Part shown: piece by piece, positions 60,554 through 64,000 of the stretch
Numbering within the stretch: the first letter of the stretch is position 1
Layout of the letters: every line of letters starts with the position of its first letter
Notes under the pieces: generated by a model
What the model was told of the DNA's origin: nothing
What the model saw: the letters and a program-made list of their open reading frames with translations, nothing else
Database searches by the model: none
Virus record (IMG/VR): IMGVR_UViG_3300041402_000314
Coordinates: 1-64,000 of that record
Strand: one strand, 5' to 3'
DNA: 64,000 nucleotides
Position numbers and translations under genes: made by a program

Positions 60554-61589
60554 ATTGTTAAAGAAGTTGAAGAAAATGAATGAGGAATCTGGAAATATGG
60601 TAACTAAGGGCATCGAGAATTATATTTCGACTGGTTCTTATGCGTTCAATGGCATACTTTCAGGAAAGTTGATCGATGGCGGTATCCCATGCGGAAGAGT
60701 AACAAGTATTATCGGTCAAAGTAGTTCTGGTAAGAGTCTTTTAGCTGGTATGATAAGTGCTAATGCTCAGAAGAAAAAATATGATGTTATTTGGCATGAC
60801 TCCGAAAAGGCTAATAGTGAACAGTTCATGGAAGGTGTGGGTTGTGAATGGGATAAAGTAGGCCATTCCGAGATATATACTCTCGAAGAATATAGAAATC
60901 AAATGTTCCAACTATTAAAAGAAGCTGAAACTGAAAAGAATCCTAAGTATCTATTTGTTCTCGATTCTCTTGGAAATCTGCCGACTAAGAAGGAATTATC
61001 GGATGCTGAAAAGGGTCATGATGCTATGGATATGGGTCTTAGAGCTAAGATCATTAAGAGTATGACTAGAATCCTTACTGGACATCTAGCTAAACTAGAC
61101 ATACCCTATCTCATACTTAATCATGGATATCAAGACCCTTCTAATCCTATGCAGAAGAGATTGAATCCTAGTGGTGGTCAAGGTGTTAAATACATCTCTA
61201 CTATTATGGCTGAAATGACAAAATCTAGGAAAAGAGATAGCCAGAAGCAGATAACAGGTAACATTTTTAAGATGACTACCACTAAAAACAGGTTAGTTCC
61301 TGAAGAGCAGACGGCAGAAGTCTTGATTGACTATGAAAAGGGTATTAATCCTTACTACGGTCTCTTGGCATATGCTATAGATTTTGGATTCATAAAGCAA
61401 ATAACCAAAATAAAGTATACTGTTAATCATATCGAAGGTAAGGAATTTAAGGTAAGTAATATCTATACTCCTGCTGTATGGGAGCCTATTATGGTAGAAC
61501 TGGATAAGTTATATCAGGAGAAGTATAAATTCTCCTCTATTGTTATGGATATGGATGGAAAAGAACCTGAATTGTTAGAAGAAGGTTAA
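60546..61589 (+). CDS. uvsX: UvsX/RecA-like recombinase
   Basis: STGSYAFN, GQSSSGKS Walker A, DSE, LDSLGNL, DMGLRAK, SGGQG. Confidence 0.92.
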   Translation: MGKLLKKLKKMNEESGNMVTKGIENYISTGSYAFNGILSGKLIDGGIPCGRVTSIIGQSSSGKSLLAGMISANAQKKKYDVIWHDSEKANSEQFMEGVGCEWDKVGHSEIYTLEEYRNQMFQLLKEAETEKNPKYLFVLDSLGNLPTKKELSDAEKGHDAMDMGLRAKIIKSMTRILTGHLAKLDIPYLILNHGYQDPSNPMQKRLNPSGGQGVKYISTIMAEMTKSRKRDSQKQITGNIFKMTTTKNRLVPEEQTAEVLIDYEKGINPYYGLLAYAIDFGFIKQITKIKYTVNHIEGKEFKVSNIYTPAVWEPIMVELDKLYQEKYKFSSIVMDMDGKEPELLEEG

Positions 61590-62048
61590 ATGCGTTTCCT
61601 AGATAAAATATTCGGTAAGAAAAAGGCTGGAGAAACTTTCATAGGCGAGAGACCAGACCCTACGGATAATCCACCTACAGAAAGACCTACGCTTACTGAA
61701 GGAAATACGAAAGGTGGAAATGGTCATGTTAAGGAGACAGGGGTGAGAAAGAAACCAAATTCTCCGCCTCCGTCACCTACACCGAAGAAGAGAAAGAAGA
61801 AAACAATAACAACTAAGAAAAGGAGTGTGAAAAAGATGGCAGGGGAAATAGTATACGAATATGTACAATGTAAATGTGAGGACTGGAAGACCCATCTACC
61901 TCAAATAGTTGAGCAACAACAATACGCTGTAAAGGAGGGTAGAAAAAAAGGTATTAATTTGGCCTACAATATGAAACCTTTTGTGTTCTGTCCTTGGTGT
62001 GGCTATAAAAGATATCGTTCTAATCGAGGTAAAAAGGCTAGTAAATAA
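61590..62048 (+). CDS. hypothetical protein, Pro-rich linker with C-terminal Cys motif
   Basis: CKCEDW...FVFCPWCG. Confidence 0.55.
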   Translation: MRFLDKIFGKKKAGETFIGERPDPTDNPPTERPTLTEGNTKGGNGHVKETGVRKKPNSPPPSPTPKKRKKKTITTKKRSVKKMAGEIVYEYVQCKCEDWKTHLPQIVEQQQYAVKEGRKKGINLAYNMKPFVFCPWCGYKRYRSNRGKKASK

Positions 62049-62062
62049 GGAGAAAAAATATT

Positions 62063-62326
62063 ATGGAAGATGCTAAAGTATGTGCAGTAAAAGAAGATAA
62101 ACATAGAGATTTAGATAATGCTATTGGGTCTATGGATGATGTTATTCATCGAGCGTATAGTATACTTAGACGTATTCAAGATGCTAGTGATGGTGATAGT
62201 GAAGGTACGGCTGAATGTAAAACACCTAGTCTTAAAGAAGTCTTGGATTTTGGAGCGGATAGAATACGAGAAAAAAATGGGGAACTCCATAAAATATTAG
62301 ATGAGATAACAGATAACCTCTTTTAG
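62063..62326 (+). CDS. coiled-coil hypothetical protein (paralog A)
   Basis: KH.DLDNAI...PSLKEVLD.GA.RI; similar to the next ORF. Confidence 0.6.
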   Translation: MEDAKVCAVKEDKHRDLDNAIGSMDDVIHRAYSILRRIQDASDGDSEGTAECKTPSLKEVLDFGADRIREKNGELHKILDEITDNLF

Positions 62327-62337
62327 GAGAATATATT

Positions 62338-62598
62338 ATGAATAAACCTGAAATTTTAGAGAATAAAGAAAATAAACATGTTGGCTTGAACGATGCTATT
62401 GATAATGTTGAGAGCATATTACATAGAGTTGAACGATTATATGAAAAAATTATGGAAATTTTACCAGAAGATAAGCCTTGCTCCGAAAAATTAAAACCTT
62501 CTCTTCATAATGTTCTTGAAGGCGGTGCTAAAAGACTTTATACTACAACGGATGAGATACATATGACGATCAATAAAATAGAAGATGTAATATTTTAA
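62338..62598 (+). CDS. coiled-coil hypothetical protein (paralog B)
   Basis: KH.GLNDAI...PSLHNVLE.GA.RL. Confidence 0.6.
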   Translation: MNKPEILENKENKHVGLNDAIDNVESILHRVERLYEKIMEILPEDKPCSEKLKPSLHNVLEGGAKRLYTTTDEIHMTINKIEDVIF

Positions 62599-62617
62599 AA
62601 ATAAAAATTAAATAAGC

Positions 62618-62668
62618 TTGACAAATCCTCCTAGAGTTGGTATAATACTATCAATTATAGGAGGATTT
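62618..62668 (+). promoter_or_regulatory. sigma70 promoter with an RBS-masking inverted repeat
   Basis: TTGACA-17-TATAAT; AAATCCTCCTA (62623-62633) pairs with TAGGAGGATTT (62658-62668), which contains the SD. Confidence 0.8.
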
Positions 62669-62676
62669 TTTAATTT

Positions 62677-63591
62677 ATGGGAAGTTTTTATACTACTGAG
62701 ATAAGTAAATATTCGCCTCTTTCGAGAGAAGAGGAGAAAGAAATAGCAATAAGATACAAAAAAGAAGGACATGATGTTGATGCCAATAAACTCATTACTA
62801 GCAATCTTAGATATGTGGTAAGAGTAGCTAATAAACTTTCTGTACGTTATAGAGATGTTGATATATCGGAGTTGATTCAGGAAGGAAATATAGGTTTAAT
62901 GAAAGCATTGGAAAAGTTCGAGCCTGAGAAAGGATTTAAACTCATTACATATGCTAATCAATGGATATTAACGTATATGAAAAGATTTATAGCTAAGAAT
63001 AATAATATTTGTTCCGCTACATTTGAGAATAACTATGAGCGGTTGTTTATGAAATCTCAAGGCAAAACAAAAGCTATTCACGATATTGATATTGGTACTT
63101 ATGAAGAGACGAATTTCAATGCTCTATATACTAATTGTACTGCTGAAGATAGATTAGCTGAAAAGAACTGGTTAAGATCAGTTCACGAAATAACAGATGA
63201 TGTCAATGAAAAATATAGTTTCGTTATTAAAAATCGATTGATAAGCGATGTTCCTTTGAAATTGGATGATATAGCGGAACATTTTAACATCAGTCGATCG
63301 GGCGCACATGATCTTGAGAAAAGAATAAAAGATAATCTGAAGAAGAGATTTATGGAGAGTCCAGACATAATGGAGTTTTTGGGTGAAGATACGATAAAAG
63401 TAAATGTTGAAATGGAAACGGTCAGAAGAAAGAAGAAAAAAATAGGCCATATTATTGACGAATTTGATTTTGACTTAGCAAAAGAACTACTCAAGAAAGA
63501 AACTTATAAAACGGTAGCTGAAAAAATGGGTATATCTAGGGGTTATCTACACACAATCATAAATCGTAAAGGTAAGGGAGCTGTGAAATGA
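62677..63591 (+). CDS. RpoH/RpoD-like sigma70-family sigma factor
   Basis: LSREEE, LITSNLRYVVRVA, ELIQEGNIGLMKALEKFEPEKGFKLITYANQWI, region 4 HTH LDDIAEHFNISR. Confidence 0.9.
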   Translation: MGSFYTTEISKYSPLSREEEKEIAIRYKKEGHDVDANKLITSNLRYVVRVANKLSVRYRDVDISELIQEGNIGLMKALEKFEPEKGFKLITYANQWILTYMKRFIAKNNNICSATFENNYERLFMKSQGKTKAIHDIDIGTYEETNFNALYTNCTAEDRLAEKNWLRSVHEITDDVNEKYSFVIKNRLISDVPLKLDDIAEHFNISRSGAHDLEKRIKDNLKKRFMESPDIMEFLGEDTIKVNVEMETVRRKKKKIGHIIDEFDFDLAKELLKKETYKTVAEKMGISRGYLHTIINRKGKGAVK

Positions 63592-63833
63592 AGAATGATG
63601 AGTGGACAACAGAATTTCCTAAAGAAAAAGGGGAATATTGGTTTTATGGGTATAGATATGGTAAGATTAGTGTAGGTAGAGAATGTGAACCTGAATTAAT
63701 GTTTGTTGAAGTTATAAAATCCTCTAATGGGTTTCTTTATAATGCTGCTGGACAAATGATGTGGGAGAGTGAAGTCGAGGAGCCTCATTTTAAAAAGGCT
63801 GATCTGCCCGAACTACCAGAAATGGAGAAATAA
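63588..63833 (+). CDS. hypothetical protein
   Basis: WTTEFPKEKGEYWFYG. Confidence 0.55.
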   Translation: MKNDEWTTEFPKEKGEYWFYGYRYGKISVGRECEPELMFVEVIKSSNGFLYNAAGQMMWESEVEEPHFKKADLPELPEMEK

Positions 63834-64000
63834 GATGAGATGTTATTGTGATACTTTACCAAAAGGTGAAATTTGTTGGAAATGTATAGATAATATAATC
63901 ACCTCGGATGACGTTGATACGGAGTTAGACTTGATTAGAAAAGACTTGGTTCATCAATTGAACATACCTGATGAACTTGATTGGGATTATTTTTTAGAGA

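Noticed and set aside
39527-64000. Genome-wide TAG or TGA reassignment
   Set aside because: Core genes are full length under code 11, DNA polymerase ends naturally at TAG, and I found no same-frame ORF pairs split by TAG in this window. Recoding elsewhere in the genome is not excluded.
1-64000. CRISPR array
   Set aside because: No series of equal-length repeats with unique spacers seen; the only long direct repeat is the two-copy 78 bp element.

Overview
AT-rich 64 kb segment of a large T4-like (jumbo) myophage genome; a Gram-negative host is inferred from an outer-membrane beta-barrel gene. (1) Bases 1-29.9 kb are an almost entirely minus-strand accessory island. It holds 34 cloverleaf tRNA genes covering all 20 amino acids, including a CUA-anticodon amber suppressor, and at least 5 CCA-ended tRNA-like RNAs with missing or rebuilt anticodon arms. 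It also holds about 10 stem-closed intergenic ncRNA candidates, including an ORF-free ~440 nt region with its own promoter, and three leader-peptide/antiterminator/terminator units resembling ribosome-dependent attenuators. Protein genes here include RNA ligase, Pth2, YqeY, NadE, a MazG-NadD fusion and several HNH/GIY-YIG/DUF559 endonucleases. (2) Bases 30-39 kb carry late genes behind TATAAATA promoters, many with a shared N-terminal propeptide-like motif. A 78 bp duplicated promoter sits at the strand switch. (3) Bases 39.5-64 kb are T4-like core genes: uvsY, uvsW, SLT, groES, gp46/gp47, gp55 late sigma, dUTPase, class II RNR, family B DNA polymerase, uvsX and an RpoH-like sigma70. All calls were made by eye from motifs and manual folding; no database searches or folding programs were run.
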